Of a DNA stretch of 64,000 bases, positions 28,836 through 39,434 are shown in pieces. The stretch spans positions 783,005 through 847,004 of the forward strand of contig CAWIOS010000012.1 of the NCBI GenBank assembly GCA_963837815.1. The letters run 5' to 3'. The notes beneath the pieces are model-generated. The model was not told where the DNA came from and searched no databases. It saw only the letters and a list, made by a program, of their open reading frames with translations. The stretch comes from Ignavibacteriota bacterium (lineage in GTDB: Bacteria; Bacteroidota; Ignavibacteria; UBA10030; UBA6906). Each line of letters starts with the position of its first letter. Within the stretch, counting starts at the first letter, position 1. The position numbers and the translations under genes are program-made.

Positions 28836-29858
28836 TCAGCGCGGCGAGAGATTGGCCGCGAGGTTGTCGCAAAACCTGAAAAACAGATCCCCTGCGAGGA
28901 AAATCTCGCCGAACATCACGCGCAGGTTTTCCTCCGTGAGGCGGTTGAAGTCCTTCTCAAGAGGCGTCGTCAGGACACCGCCGCAATCCACCGCCGCGGG
29001 ACTGAGGAGTATCTTCTCCTCCCCCTGCGCAAAGTAGGCGGAGGGCCTGTGCCTGGCGCGGGGAAACACAACTACCGTCCACTCCCCGGAACCGTACCAC
29101 GCGAGTATGTTCATCATCGGCTCCTCCTTCTCCCCCGTCGTTCCCGCAAGGGCCGACTCCAGGGCGCCAAGGGCCACAATAAGCGACTCCCTATCCGCGG
29201 ACCTGAGCACGATGAACCGGCGGAGCCCTCCTTCGGCGGCGACAACGCGCATCGTTTTCGTATCGGAGAGGACCCTACCCCCCGCCTCCAGGACGCCGAG
29301 CTCGTTTTCTATTGGGAGGAAGCCCTTCTCCCCGGCCTGGAAATGGAGATGGTCCGGCGCCGACGCGCCGCTTCGCGGACCGTTGTACGTCACCAGGTAC
29401 CGCTTCTGCATCGCGTGGGTCAGATCGAGCATCGTCGCGAACGAGGGACCGATCCGCTGGTCGGTGTGAGAAGTGTGGGGAATCGTGAAATGCTCACCGA
29501 ATATCGGGAACGGATTGCAGAGAACGACGTAGCTTCCGGCAAAGAGTATCCCCCGCTGACCTTCGGGAAGGTTCGCCGCGCAGAGGAAGCATTTCCGGTG
29601 GCTTATCGATTCCGCGTCGGTGTTCGCCGAGGAGGAGACGATCCTGGCCGGGTTCCACTGGATGTGAAGTGAACACCCCTCAAGTTCGATCGTCCGGGAG
29701 CGGACATCCTGCAGTCCCGCGTAACCCGTCCGGAGGAGCGGCCATGTTTCCTTTTGCTGCCGGAGGAGCAGGCGCGCGCGGGTGGCAAGATCACTCCCGC
29801 CGCGGAGAGGGAGCTCCCTGTCGGACAGGAGAATGCGCTGAATGGAGGGTTCCATCAT
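28836..29858 (-). CDS. DUF4922/HIT-like (GalT/VTC2-type) sugar-phosphate nucleotidyltransferase or NDP-sugar phosphorylase-like protein
   Basis: 340 aa; CFLC…(zinc-knuckle-like) and HLHFQA (H-phi-H-phi-Q HIT-type) motifs as in GalT/GDP-hexose phosphorylases. Overall resemblance to DUF4922 is from memory. Confidence 0.5.
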   Translation of the reverse strand: MMEPSIQRILLSDRELPLRGGSDLATRARLLLRQQKETWPLLRTGYAGLQDVRSRTIELEGCSLHIQWNPARIVSSSANTDAESISHRKCFLCAANLPEGQRGILFAGSYVVLCNPFPIFGEHFTIPHTSHTDQRIGPSFATMLDLTHAMQKRYLVTYNGPRSGASAPDHLHFQAGEKGFLPIENELGVLEAGGRVLSDTKTMRVVAAEGGLRRFIVLRSADRESLIVALGALESALAGTTGEKEEPMMNILAWYGSGEWTVVVFPRARHRPSAYFAQGEEKILLSPAAVDCGGVLTTPLEKDFNRLTEENLRVMFGEIFLAGDLFFRFCDNLAANLSPR

Positions 29859-29907
29859 GTAGTATCAACGTTTGAAAGGCAATGCGCGTTCCAGTCCCGG
29901 CGTACCC

Positions 29908-31401
29908 TTACGGCGCGCGGTGCAGCCGGCGGGCGCGGATCTCGATCGTGCGTATTTTATCCTTGTACAGATTGTTCAGGTTCATCTTCGCAATCCCCGG
30001 GTCCGCGTCCGAATTCCCGTCCCACCTCCGGCAGAGGTAGATCGGCTCATAAATCCGGCCGACGCGGTACCGGCGCGAAACGGCAAGCCCGACCGCGTAG
30101 TCCTCGCCGTAGCTCACGTTCGGGATATTCAGGCGCCTCAGGACCGGGGTGAAGAACGCCCTGGGCGCGCCGAAACCGTTGACGCGGAGCGCGTTGTTCG
30201 GCCCGTTTTCGGGGGTCCACTCCCTGTGATCGACGACTCCCGGGGGGATCTCCCTGAGGTTGAAATCCGTCATCCGGTAGCTCCCGACGACCATCGCGCA
30301 CCTGTCCCGCCGGAACCTGTCGACGATCCTGCTCAGCGTCGAATCATCGAGATACAGGTCATCACTGTCAAGCTGCGCCGCGAACCGGCCGCAGGAGGCG
30401 GAGTGCACCGCTTCGTTCCAGCACCCGCCGATCTGAAGGTCGTGCGCTTCCGGAACGATGTGGATCAGACGGGAGTCACGCGACGCGAACGTCCGGAGGA
30501 TATCGGTCGTCCCGTCCGTCGAATGATTGTCGACGACGATGACGTTGAACGGGAACGAGGCCTGCTGGCGCAGGGCGGAGGTCACGGCGTCGCCGATCGT
30601 GTTGGCCCGGTTGCGCACCGGGATCACGATCGATGCCGTGACGGGAAATTTCCCCTCGTCCAGGTCGACCGTCTCCCTGACAGGCTTCAGCCAGCCCCCG
30701 GTCTTCTTCAGGTGGTGCGTAACGGCTTTCTCCATCTCGAGCTGGACGACGCGATTCTTCGGATCGACGTAGTCGAAAAGCCTGGCCCCCTCCTTCCTTG
30801 TGTCGGGCTCGGTCTTCGTGTAGAGCATTTCGGCGATCCTGAAGACTCCTTTCTTCCTCGCAACGGCAAGCCGGAGGGCGAAGAAGCCGGCGTGGCGGGA
30901 GTCGCCGATCTCCCCGGCCGCCGCCTTCAGCGCGGATGCCTCCAGGGCGACGACGGAGCCGAAGTCGAAATCGTCACGCACGCTCCCCTCCTGGCAGTCG
31001 ATCAGGGGATGCGGGGCCGGGGAGAGACCCTTCACTTCGATGAAATCGCTGTACACCATCCCCTCACCCGTCGCGCCGGCGACGGAGGCCATCCGCTCAA
31101 GGGCGAACTGCCCGAGCCGGAGGGCGACGTCGTGGAGAACCAGGAGCGCATAGGGGGTCACCGTTTTCGCCGCGATCTTCCTCATCGTCGCGGAGGAGTT
31201 CAGCGCGTTGACGCGAAGCGGCGTGCATCCTTTGAACGGGACGGGCGCGCTCCCCGGGGCGAGGACGTACACCTTCCCGACGATGGCGGACCCGGCGAGC
31301 TGCGCGATCGTATGCCCGGCGGCATCGCTTCCGCCGTACGGAACAAACGCCGTGAAGACAGGTTTCGCTCCCGCGGCGGCTTTCGTGTGAGGACGTTTCA
31401 T
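29908..31401 (-). CDS. Two-domain protein with C-terminal family-2 glycosyltransferase (GT-A) domain
   Basis: 497 aa; GT2 signature [21 protein letters not shown]…[12 protein letters not shown]…DSDD (DxD) in C-terminal half; N-terminal about 240 aa of unknown function. Confidence 0.7.
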   Translation of the reverse strand: MKRPHTKAAAGAKPVFTAFVPYGGSDAAGHTIAQLAGSAIVGKVYVLAPGSAPVPFKGCTPLRVNALNSSATMRKIAAKTVTPYALLVLHDVALRLGQFALERMASVAGATGEGMVYSDFIEVKGLSPAPHPLIDCQEGSVRDDFDFGSVVALEASALKAAAGEIGDSRHAGFFALRLAVARKKGVFRIAEMLYTKTEPDTRKEGARLFDYVDPKNRVVQLEMEKAVTHHLKKTGGWLKPVRETVDLDEGKFPVTASIVIPVRNRANTIGDAVTSALRQQASFPFNVIVVDNHSTDGTTDILRTFASRDSRLIHIVPEAHDLQIGGCWNEAVHSASCGRFAAQLDSDDLYLDDSTLSRIVDRFRRDRCAMVVGSYRMTDFNLREIPPGVVDHREWTPENGPNNALRVNGFGAPRAFFTPVLRRLNIPNVSYGEDYAVGLAVSRRYRVGRIYEPIYLCRRWDGNSDADPGIAKMNLNNLYKDKIRTIEIRARRLHRAP

Positions 31402-31411
31402 CAGGGTTCCT

Positions 31412-32689
31412 TCAGGTTTTCTTGCCGAAATCCTTGTCGATGGTGATGAGCGCGGTAACGATGAATCCGGGGATGGTGGAGAGCATCACCCAGAGGTAGA
31501 AAGTCGGATACCCGAGCCATTCCTGGAGCGCGCCGCTGAACATGCCGGGGACCATCATCCCCAGAGCCATGATTCCCGTGCAGATCGCGTAGTGCGCGGT
31601 CTTGTGTTCCCCCTCGGAGACCATGATCATATACAGCATGTACGCGGTGAATCCGAATCCGTACCCGAACTGCTCGAGAGCCACGGCGACGTTAATCAGC
31701 AGGAAATTGTCCGGCTGCACCTGCGACAGATAGACGAACATCAGGTCCGGCAGATGCATGACGATGACCATCGGCCAGAGCCAGAACCTGAGCCCCCTGC
31801 GGGGGATGACGAATCCCCCGAGAAGCCCGCCGGCCGTCAGCGCGACGATGCCTACCGTCCCGTACACGATTCCCACATCGCTCGTCGAAAGACCGAGCCC
31901 TCCCTTTGTCCTCGGATCGAGAAGGAACGGCGAGACGAGCTTGATGAGCTGCGACTCGGCAAACCTGTAGAGGAGAAGGAAAGCGAGCGTCGAGAGGATG
32001 CGGGGTCTTGTGAAGAACGCCCCGAAGACTTTGAAGAAATCCGCCAGAGGGGTCGTCACTCCCCCGCTCCGGACCCGGGCGTCGCCGGCAGGGTACGGAA
32101 GCATCAACCTGTGATAGAGGAAGAAGGCGAAGAACATCACGGCAAGTATGCCGAATGTCAGCGACCAGGCGAGCGCCGTATTCCCCCCCGTGTGCGTCTC
32201 GACTGTCCCTGCAAAGAACACGAGCGCACCCTGTCCGGTCACCATCGCGATCCTGTAGAACGTTGAGCGTACGCCCACGAATGCCGCCTGCTCGTGCTCC
32301 TGCAGACCCAGCATGTAGAAGCCGTCCGCCGCGATGTCGTGGGTGGCGGAAGCGAATGCCATGAGCCAGAACAGGACGAGCGTGGCACGGAAGAAGCCCT
32401 GCACCGGGATCGTGAATGCGACCGCGGCGAGCGCAATGCCCAGGATGAGCTGAAGCGTGACGATCCAGAGCCTCTTCGTGCGGACCAGGTCAACAACCGG
32501 TCCCCAGAGCGGCTTGATCACCCAGGGAAGGTAGAGCAGGCTCGTGTAGAGTGCGATATCGGTGTTGGATATGCCCATCCGCTTGTACATGATCACCGAT
32601 ACATTCAGGGCGATGACATACGGGAGCCCTTCGGCAAAGTACAGGGAGGGAATCCAGGCCCACGGGTTGCGTCGTTCAGGCCGGTTCAT
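31412..32689 (-). CDS. ampG: MFS muropeptide permease AmpG family
   Basis: 425 aa, 12-14 TM; AmpG-type N-terminus (…[56 protein letters not shown]…). Confidence 0.8.
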   Translation of the reverse strand: MNRPERRNPWAWIPSLYFAEGLPYVIALNVSVIMYKRMGISNTDIALYTSLLYLPWVIKPLWGPVVDLVRTKRLWIVTLQLILGIALAAVAFTIPVQGFFRATLVLFWLMAFASATHDIAADGFYMLGLQEHEQAAFVGVRSTFYRIAMVTGQGALVFFAGTVETHTGGNTALAWSLTFGILAVMFFAFFLYHRLMLPYPAGDARVRSGGVTTPLADFFKVFGAFFTRPRILSTLAFLLLYRFAESQLIKLVSPFLLDPRTKGGLGLSTSDVGIVYGTVGIVALTAGGLLGGFVIPRRGLRFWLWPMVIVMHLPDLMFVYLSQVQPDNFLLINVAVALEQFGYGFGFTAYMLYMIMVSEGEHKTAHYAICTGIMALGMMVPGMFSGALQEWLGYPTFYLWVMLSTIPGFIVTALITIDKDFGKKT

Positions 32690-33282
32690 GCGCCGGCCCC
32701 TTTTTCGCCGGCCGATGCGGACGGAGGATCAGGCGGCGGGACCGGTGGGACGAGCAGCCTGAATCCGATCAGGTGATTGACTGTCGTTTTCCCCATCGTG
32801 AACGGGGATTCTTCCACAAATGTGAATCCGAGCGCCTTATACCACGCAATCGTCGGGGCGTTTTCGGACATGACGCCGAGCCAGACCCTGTCGTAGCCGG
32901 CCCCCCGTGCGGCGCGGAAAGCCTCCTCCATGAGCTTCGATCCAAGCCCGTGCCCCTGGCACGCGGGCAGGACATAGATCGAGGCGACGTGACAGCGCCC
33001 GGAATCCCGATCGGACGACATGATCATGTACCCGCCCGGATTCCCGTCCAGGAACGCGATGTACCCGCTCGTGGAGGGTTTCCGGAGGTTCCGGACGAGC
33101 GCGTCCGTCGAATAATGCTCGTCGTGGTAGGCCCGGAGGTCCGCCTCGGGGATGAACATTCCGTACGCGGCCTTCCATGTCTCCCAGCCGATTCGCCGGA
33201 CGTCGGGTATGTCACCTTCGGTCCAGGGCCTGATCAACGCAGTGTGAACACCGGGCCCGCTCTCACTCATCGCATCCGTCAA
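32686..33282 (-). CDS. GNAT family N-acetyltransferase
   Basis: 198 aa; acetyl-CoA binding motif (VLPACQGHGLGSKLMEEAFRAARGAGYDRVWLGV). Overlaps ampG start by 4 nt and the amidase 3' end by 20 nt, so translationally coupled. Confidence 0.75.
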   Translation of the reverse strand: MTDAMSESGPGVHTALIRPWTEGDIPDVRRIGWETWKAAYGMFIPEADLRAYHDEHYSTDALVRNLRKPSTSGYIAFLDGNPGGYMIMSSDRDSGRCHVASIYVLPACQGHGLGSKLMEEAFRAARGAGYDRVWLGVMSENAPTIAWYKALGFTFVEESPFTMGKTTVNHLIGFRLLVPPVPPPDPPSASAGEKGAGA

Positions 33283-35056
33283 GAAAATCGTCTATGCCGT
33301 CGACGATCCGACCGGCAATCCTGTGCCGGAACTCCGGATCAATCAGGTTCATCTCATCGGAAGGATTGGAAACAAACGCCATTTCGACAAGGACATTCGG
33401 GAGCTCCGTGGGCGCATTCATCGAGAAATTGAAGCTCCCGACGTTGCCGAAGAGCGGAAGTCCGGTTTTCAGCATATTCCTGATGATCGCCATCGCGAGG
33501 GGACGGTAGCAGATGTATTTATAGAACGTCGCGGTCCCCCGCGTGTTCTCCGGATTTGTCGTCAGTCCGATCGAATTGGAGTGGATGCTTATCAGGATAT
33601 CCGCCCCCGACGAGAGGACCTTCCGCACGCGGTCGGCCATTGGAACGTCGGGATCCCCGTCCCTCGTGAGGATCACGCGGGCGCCGCGGTCCTCGAGCAT
33701 GGATTTAAGATCTTTCACGACGGCAAGATTTATCTCCTTCTCGAGGGCACCGGTTGACCCGAGCGCACCGAGGTTGTCCCCGCCGTGACCCGCGTCCAGC
33801 GCGAACGTGAGCGCCTTGATTTTGAGTTTCTCCGGCTGGCGGCGGACCTTGATGACGAGTCCCGCGGGGTTGTAGCCGATTTCATATCCCCAGATCTGCC
33901 TGTGCTTGAGCTCGATCGTGATCCGGAAGACGCCCGCGGAGGGCTCTGTGTAGTACACGTTCTGGATCTCGCGGGTCGTGAGTTGCTGTATGATCCAGTT
34001 CGTGTTCGACGTCGCGCCGTAGAGATCCACGTTGATCCGCGTCGGTCCGGTCTCCGTCGTCGAAGAGTACGGAAGCCGCAGCGGGATCCCGACCGTCACG
34101 TAGTCGTACTTTTCGTCCCCGTACACCATGCAGTTCTCCGTGAGGGCCGCGGGAAGACGGGCGCCCTTCGGGATCAGGTCCACGTTTTCCGCGGCGATCC
34201 AGGCTTCCTGGCCCGGAGCCAGCGCCACGCGGTACGCGCTCCCGTGCTTCCCCGTAATCGCAAGACGTATCCCGGGATTGATGAACGACATCTTCGCGCC
34301 CCCCAGCCGATCCTCGCCGAGGCCGTAGGCGAGCGCGGGCCGCTCCCCCTTTGTGACGCCGATGTACGGAAAGTCGGCCGGCCTCATCGTGACGGTTCCC
34401 TTCGAGACCGTCTCCAGGGCCGCGCCCGAGCCGTTCTCCAGCCTGAACCTGACCTGATGAGAAGAAAGGGTATCATCATCCCGCACGGTGTACACACCCC
34501 GGTAAATTCCCCCCAGGCCATGGGCGTACGCGGGCTTCACTTCCGTCATCGGGATCCCCAGGTCGCATGACGCTTTGCATCCCGGCGTCCCCTTGAACTG
34601 CACCTCCAGCCGGTCATCTTCGTTCAACCAGACGTCGTCAGAGGGTTCCGTCATGATCGTGTCAATGACAAGGACGGAATCCGGTGAAGTCTCCGGCGGC
34701 GCTTCGCGGATGACAAGGAACGACTTTGAAATGGAATCCCCCTTCGCACCCGTCGCAGTAAGCGTGAACCGGTTTTCGCCGACATTCAGCGTAAGGAGGC
34801 CCGCCGTGGCCCCCGAGGGATAGACCTTCAGGGGGGAGCCGTTGATCGTGAGCCTGTTCCCCGGCACGGTACCCGCGGAGAGCCTGTATGTGCCCGTGGA
34901 AGCCCGAACCGTGTCCGACTCCGGAACGACAAGGCGGATAAAATTCGGGTGCGGGGGAGGGGATTGCTGGGCATCGGCGGAGGCGATCATCGTCAGAGAG
35001 AGGACGAGTGCCACACTCAACGACGCCAGAGGTGTGCGCATGTCAATGGTTTTCAT
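33263..35056 (-). CDS. Periplasmic N-acetylmuramoyl-L-alanine amidase (Amidase_3 / AmiC-like) with N-terminal accessory beta-rich domains
   Basis: 597 aa; signal peptide MKTIDMRTPLASLSVALVLSLTMIASADA (GAGGGA RBS). C-terminal Amidase_3 motifs ALDAGHGGDN…EKEINLAV…ISIHSNS…(Zn ligands H/E/H). Confidence 0.8.
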   Translation of the reverse strand: MKTIDMRTPLASLSVALVLSLTMIASADAQQSPPPHPNFIRLVVPESDTVRASTGTYRLSAGTVPGNRLTINGSPLKVYPSGATAGLLTLNVGENRFTLTATGAKGDSISKSFLVIREAPPETSPDSVLVIDTIMTEPSDDVWLNEDDRLEVQFKGTPGCKASCDLGIPMTEVKPAYAHGLGGIYRGVYTVRDDDTLSSHQVRFRLENGSGAALETVSKGTVTMRPADFPYIGVTKGERPALAYGLGEDRLGGAKMSFINPGIRLAITGKHGSAYRVALAPGQEAWIAAENVDLIPKGARLPAALTENCMVYGDEKYDYVTVGIPLRLPYSSTTETGPTRINVDLYGATSNTNWIIQQLTTREIQNVYYTEPSAGVFRITIELKHRQIWGYEIGYNPAGLVIKVRRQPEKLKIKALTFALDAGHGGDNLGALGSTGALEKEINLAVVKDLKSMLEDRGARVILTRDGDPDVPMADRVRKVLSSGADILISIHSNSIGLTTNPENTRGTATFYKYICYRPLAMAIIRNMLKTGLPLFGNVGSFNFSMNAPTELPNVLVEMAFVSNPSDEMNLIDPEFRHRIAGRIVDGIDDFLDGCDE

Positions 35057-35140
35057 TCGGTTTGTATTCCCTCAGAATGTGGGAGATATCATTCATGACC
35101 CGGAAAGACGCTTTCCGTGCAGATTTCCTCAACGACGGGT

Positions 35141-36490
35141 TCAGTATATGTTCGCAATGGACGTGCCGGGAAAGTAATGAGAAAGTATGGAGTCGGACTC
35201 GTACCCGAGATCGCCCATGACGGCTGCGCCGATCTGGCAAAGGCCCACCCCGTGCCCCCATCCCGCTCCCGTGAGAACGAAACGGCCGGGAACGCCGCCT
35301 TTGATTTCACTCCTGTCGACCACGAATGCCGAGCTGTACAGGTGCGACGGCGAGAGCGTCCGGCGGATCTCGAGCTCCTTGCCGATCGTCAATACCCTCT
35401 TTTCCCCGACGATCTTCAGGAGCGTGAGCCGCCCCGACGGACCCCGCTCGACCGGCGCAAGGTCAAGAATAGCCCCGAAATCGATGCCGGTTTTCTCCCT
35501 GATGAGCGCGGCGATGTTCTCCTGATCATACTCAGCTTTCCACCGGTAGAAATCGGCCGTTTCCTGATCGTACTTGAGGAGAACCTGTGAGAGGATGCGG
35601 GAGTCCGCCGTGTTGCAGAATGCGCGCGGGGAGCTCCTGATCCATCGGTCCGCCAGATCCTCCCGGCTGACATCGGGGAGAGAAAGAAAGCCGGGAAGGC
35701 GGTCAGACGGGGGAATGTCGGCCACGTTGACAAGGTACGGGATCCCGACGGGCTGCCAGACATTGCCAAACGGCTCGGTGATTCCTCCGCAGGATTTCGA
35801 GAACCGGGCATCGCAGATGCGGCCGTCGTGCATGACCACCTGTCCCCGTGTCAGGTTCACGGCCTGACTGACCGCCGCCGTGTTCGACTTCGTTACACCC
35901 TGGTACCGCTGGCAATGGTCGTCTGCGCAGACGTCGAAGAGCTCGTGTTCCTCCCTGTCGTACCACCTGACAAGGCGATCGCTTTCCCCTGTAATCGCCG
36001 GGAGACGAATTCCCTCCTCTTTCAGCCGGCGCGACCGTTCAATCTGCGCCAGGAGCCAGCTTCGGGAGGTGATCGCGTGCGCCTTCAGGAGATTCATGGA
36101 ACTCCCGGCGCTCATTTCCGACGAGATGACGCTCTCAAGATAGTCTTCGACCGGGACGACATTGATCGCCACGACATCGCTCCCCTTCGTCACGAGCCGC
36201 AGGGCCCCCGTGAACCGCTGGTCTTCTTTCCGCTCCCAGTGGAAGCGGATACCGATGACGACGCTGCGGATGACGAACGAGACCCCCGCCCCCCCGGACT
36301 GAGTCAGGAGAACCCCGGAATCGAACAGGGAACGTTTGCCGCCGCACTCTATGAGTATGGAAGCCCCGGAGACCGAGGCCCGGATCCGCCCGCGGAGAGT
36401 CCCCCCCGATCCCGGGACGTCAAAATCCCCTTCCACGTCCACAGCCGACGCCGTGAGAATGCCGACGGTTATTGTTGGTTCTGCCGTCAT
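35141..36490 (-). CDS. SpoIID/LytB-domain protein (amidase enhancer / lytic transglycosylase-type)
   Basis: 449 aa; hallmark C-terminal SpoIID motif GAGWGHGVGLCQIGAAVMG; start abuts stop of NagZ fusion gene (36490/36492). Confidence 0.8.
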   Translation of the reverse strand: MTAEPTITVGILTASAVDVEGDFDVPGSGGTLRGRIRASVSGASILIECGGKRSLFDSGVLLTQSGGAGVSFVIRSVVIGIRFHWERKEDQRFTGALRLVTKGSDVVAINVVPVEDYLESVISSEMSAGSSMNLLKAHAITSRSWLLAQIERSRRLKEEGIRLPAITGESDRLVRWYDREEHELFDVCADDHCQRYQGVTKSNTAAVSQAVNLTRGQVVMHDGRICDARFSKSCGGITEPFGNVWQPVGIPYLVNVADIPPSDRLPGFLSLPDVSREDLADRWIRSSPRAFCNTADSRILSQVLLKYDQETADFYRWKAEYDQENIAALIREKTGIDFGAILDLAPVERGPSGRLTLLKIVGEKRVLTIGKELEIRRTLSPSHLYSSAFVVDRSEIKGGVPGRFVLTGAGWGHGVGLCQIGAAVMGDLGYESDSILSHYFPGTSIANIY

Positions 36491-36491
36491 G

Positions 36492-39431
36492 TTACTGCCC
36501 GGTTCCTGTCACCCCGAGAGCCCGCATCACGGCATCGTTGACGGCGGGGCGGACCCTGGCGATCTTCTGGTTGGCGCGTGTCGGAAAGACCCGGTTTGTG
36601 AGGAATATGACCGCAAGATTGCGTGACGGATCAGCCCAGATGCAGCACCCGGTGAAGCCGGTGTGCCCGAACGACGCGCCGGAGAAGAGTGCTCCGGCGG
36701 ACGAGCCATGCGGCGACTTCATCTCCCATCCGAGCCAGCGTTCCTGTCCCGGGGCGCGCTTCTCGATGAAATCCGAAACGGTTTTCTCGCTCAGGTAACG
36801 CCTGCCGGCGTAGACTCCCCTGTTGAAGAGCATCTGCATGTATATCGCCAGATCGCTCGCAGTGGAGAAGAGTCCGGCGTTTCCCGACACGCCCCCCATG
36901 AACGCGGCGTTCTCGTCATGGACGGCTCCCCGGACAATGGTCTTCCGCCAGGAAGTATCAAGCTCCGTCGGCGCGCAGCGGGCACGGAGGGATTCCGGGG
37001 GGACGTATGTCGTGTTCCTCATGCGGAGGGGAACGAAGAATTCCCTCTTCACGAAGGCATCGAGCGTCATTCCGGTGACTTTTTCGACGAGTTTCCCGAG
37101 CGTGATGAACCCGAGATCGCTGTACACGGTGGAGTCGCCCGGCGCTGCGACGAGGGCTGTCGCGGCGATCGTGTCGATCACCCCGGCAGGGTCCGGGCAT
37201 TCGAGCCAGAGCCTGCGGAAGGGGGGAAAGCCTCCCCTGTGGAGCAGCAGGCTGCGGATTGTGACTCCGGCCTTCTGCCCGGTTTCAAACCGGGGGAGGT
37301 ACTTTGCGACCGGATCATCAAGCCCGATCCTCCCGCTGTCGACAAGTTTCATGACGGCCGACGTCGTTGCAATGACTTTCGTGACGGATGCGAGATCGTA
37401 CATCGTCCCCTCGTCCACAGGAGGCGAGGCAGGATCGTATGTCAGCCTCCCGAACGACCTGTCGTAGACGAGCAATCCGTCTTTGACGATGGCGAGCTGG
37501 CCCCCGGGAAACGCCGAATCCGCCACGGCGCTGTTGACGATGCCGTCCACTCGCTGCAGGTCTTCGGGATCAAATCCCGCCAGGGACGGGTCATCGCGCC
37601 TGAGCTGCGTCTGCGGAAGATCCAGGCCGGTTCCGAAGGGGTATTTCCCCGGAATGGAGACAGGGAGCCGGCCGTGCACCGGGATCTCGCCGAAGAGAGC
37701 TTCGGCCGCCGCTTCGCTTACAGGCTCGTCGTCGCCGTAGAGGCAGACGATCGATCCGGCATCCGGGATGCTCCCGGCGATATACGGGTTCCCGAATGCA
37801 AGGACAACGAGGGGGGTGTTCGTCTCCGCGACACGGGCGGCGAACGTGCGGAGGTAGTCGGGAAGCTCGATTCTCCCCGATGCCGTGCGGACTTTCACAA
37901 ACAGGGCCAGTATTGCCGCGTCTCCTTTCCGTATGCGTGTGACCGCGTCGTTCAGCTCGCGCACGTCGCTCCCGGGGGTAAGGCGGAGTATGTCGCTCCC
38001 CGGCGAGCGGTGCCGGAGGAGCTGGGCGAAGTAGGCCCCGACGGGTTCGCTTGTGGCAGGGCTGCCCGGCCTGTCCACGTCAGTCCTGTCATCCTCCGTG
38101 TCCCCGGCAAGAACGGCGACGATGTGCATGGGGCCGTCAGGGGGGAGGGGAAGCAGGCCGTTTTTGTTTCTGAGAATTGTGACGGCGTCCTGGGCGATCT
38201 CACGGGCAAGATGCCGGTTCGGCCTCGTGCCGATATGTGCGCCAATGGCGTCAATATCAACGGTCCGCCCCCTGTCAAGCCCGAGCTGATGCTTCATTGC
38301 GAGTATCCGGCGAACGGACTCGTCCACCCGCTCCCGGGGTATTTCCCCCCGCCGGACGGCAGCCACCACGGCGTTCACCGCCAGATCGGGATCCGGGGGA
38401 ACGAGGAGGATGTCCGCCCCCGCCCGGACGGCAAGAACCGCCACGGTATCCGCCGGGTACCCGCGCGTGAGCGCCCGCATCTCCAGTCCATCGGTGACGA
38501 TCAGCCCGTTGAACCCGAGTTCCTTCCTGAGGAGGCTCGTCACCATCGCCGCGGAGAGGGAGGCGGGGAGGCCGAGTGAATCAAGCGCGGGAACCGCAAG
38601 ATGGCCGATCATGACGGACTGGACGCCGGCGTCGACGGCCGCCCGGAACGCGGCCAGCTCCACCGTGTCGAGACGGGCGCGTGAAAGATCAATGACGGGG
38701 AGTTCGATATGCGAATCGGTTCCCGTGTCACCGTGTCCCGGAAAATGTTTCACGGTGGCAATGCAGCCGCCGTCGATTGTCCCCCGGATGAACGATGCCA
38801 CCATCGTGCGGACGAGCGCCGGGTCATCGCCGAACGAACGGGTGTTGATGACCGGGTTGAGAGGATTATCGTTGATATCGGCAACCGGCGCATAGTTCTG
38901 GTGTATTCCGATTGTGCGCGCTTCCACAGCCACCGCTTTCCCCATCCGGTAGGCGTACTCTGCATTCCGCGTCGCCCCGAGCGCCATGGCATCCGGAAAC
39001 CGTGTCCCCCTCCTGACGCGCATGGCGATCCCCCGCTCGAAGTCGGACGCGACAAGGAGGGGTATCCGGGAGAGGGACTGCAGCCGGTTGAGGAGGACCG
39101 CCTCGGAATAGACGTCCCCCTGGGCCATGATGATGCCGCCGACCCTGCGGACCGTGACGAGCCGCTCGAGGCGCTCAAAGAGGTCGCTGTCGGTGCTGTA
39201 GTAGTGACCGAACGCGCGCACCATGACCATCTGGGAAACCTTCTCTTCGAGCGACATCGAGGAGAGAAGCGAGTCGAGTGCTCCCGGGGTCCCCCAATCG
39301 GAGGGGACGGCGGGCTGGAGCGGCGCGGCGCGTCTCTGCAGCTGCGCGGGGATCGTTGCAGGGGGAGGTGCACATGCGGAGAGCAATCCGGAGAGAACGG
39401 CAGCCGAAAGGAAGAGGAGATGTCTTTTCAA
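36492..39431 (-). CDS. Lipoprotein fusion: GH3 beta-N-acetylhexosaminidase (NagZ-like) + serine beta-lactamase/PBP-like (AmpH/class C-type) domain
   Basis: 979 aa; TTG start at 39431 with AAGGAGGA RBS; lipobox LLSAC. GH3 N-terminal motifs (KHFPGHGDTGTDSH, IVTDGLEM); C-terminal domain with S-x-x-K (LASVTKVIATTSAVMKL) and penicillin-binding fold; ends HTGFTGCCIWADP. Confidence 0.8.
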   Translation of the reverse strand: MKRHLLFLSAAVLSGLLSACAPPPATIPAQLQRRAAPLQPAVPSDWGTPGALDSLLSSMSLEEKVSQMVMVRAFGHYYSTDSDLFERLERLVTVRRVGGIIMAQGDVYSEAVLLNRLQSLSRIPLLVASDFERGIAMRVRRGTRFPDAMALGATRNAEYAYRMGKAVAVEARTIGIHQNYAPVADINDNPLNPVINTRSFGDDPALVRTMVASFIRGTIDGGCIATVKHFPGHGDTGTDSHIELPVIDLSRARLDTVELAAFRAAVDAGVQSVMIGHLAVPALDSLGLPASLSAAMVTSLLRKELGFNGLIVTDGLEMRALTRGYPADTVAVLAVRAGADILLVPPDPDLAVNAVVAAVRRGEIPRERVDESVRRILAMKHQLGLDRGRTVDIDAIGAHIGTRPNRHLAREIAQDAVTILRNKNGLLPLPPDGPMHIVAVLAGDTEDDRTDVDRPGSPATSEPVGAYFAQLLRHRSPGSDILRLTPGSDVRELNDAVTRIRKGDAAILALFVKVRTASGRIELPDYLRTFAARVAETNTPLVVLAFGNPYIAGSIPDAGSIVCLYGDDEPVSEAAAEALFGEIPVHGRLPVSIPGKYPFGTGLDLPQTQLRRDDPSLAGFDPEDLQRVDGIVNSAVADSAFPGGQLAIVKDGLLVYDRSFGRLTYDPASPPVDEGTMYDLASVTKVIATTSAVMKLVDSGRIGLDDPVAKYLPRFETGQKAGVTIRSLLLHRGGFPPFRRLWLECPDPAGVIDTIAATALVAAPGDSTVYSDLGFITLGKLVEKVTGMTLDAFVKREFFVPLRMRNTTYVPPESLRARCAPTELDTSWRKTIVRGAVHDENAAFMGGVSGNAGLFSTASDLAIYMQMLFNRGVYAGRRYLSEKTVSDFIEKRAPGQERWLGWEMKSPHGSSAGALFSGASFGHTGFTGCCIWADPSRNLAVIFLTNRVFPTRANQKIARVRPAVNDAVMRALGVTGTGQ

Positions 39432-39434
39432 GCG

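Noticed and set aside
36663-38579. 638-aa plus-strand ORF
   Set aside because: Antisense shadow of the NagZ-beta-lactamase fusion gene; Arg/Gly/Pro-rich composition.
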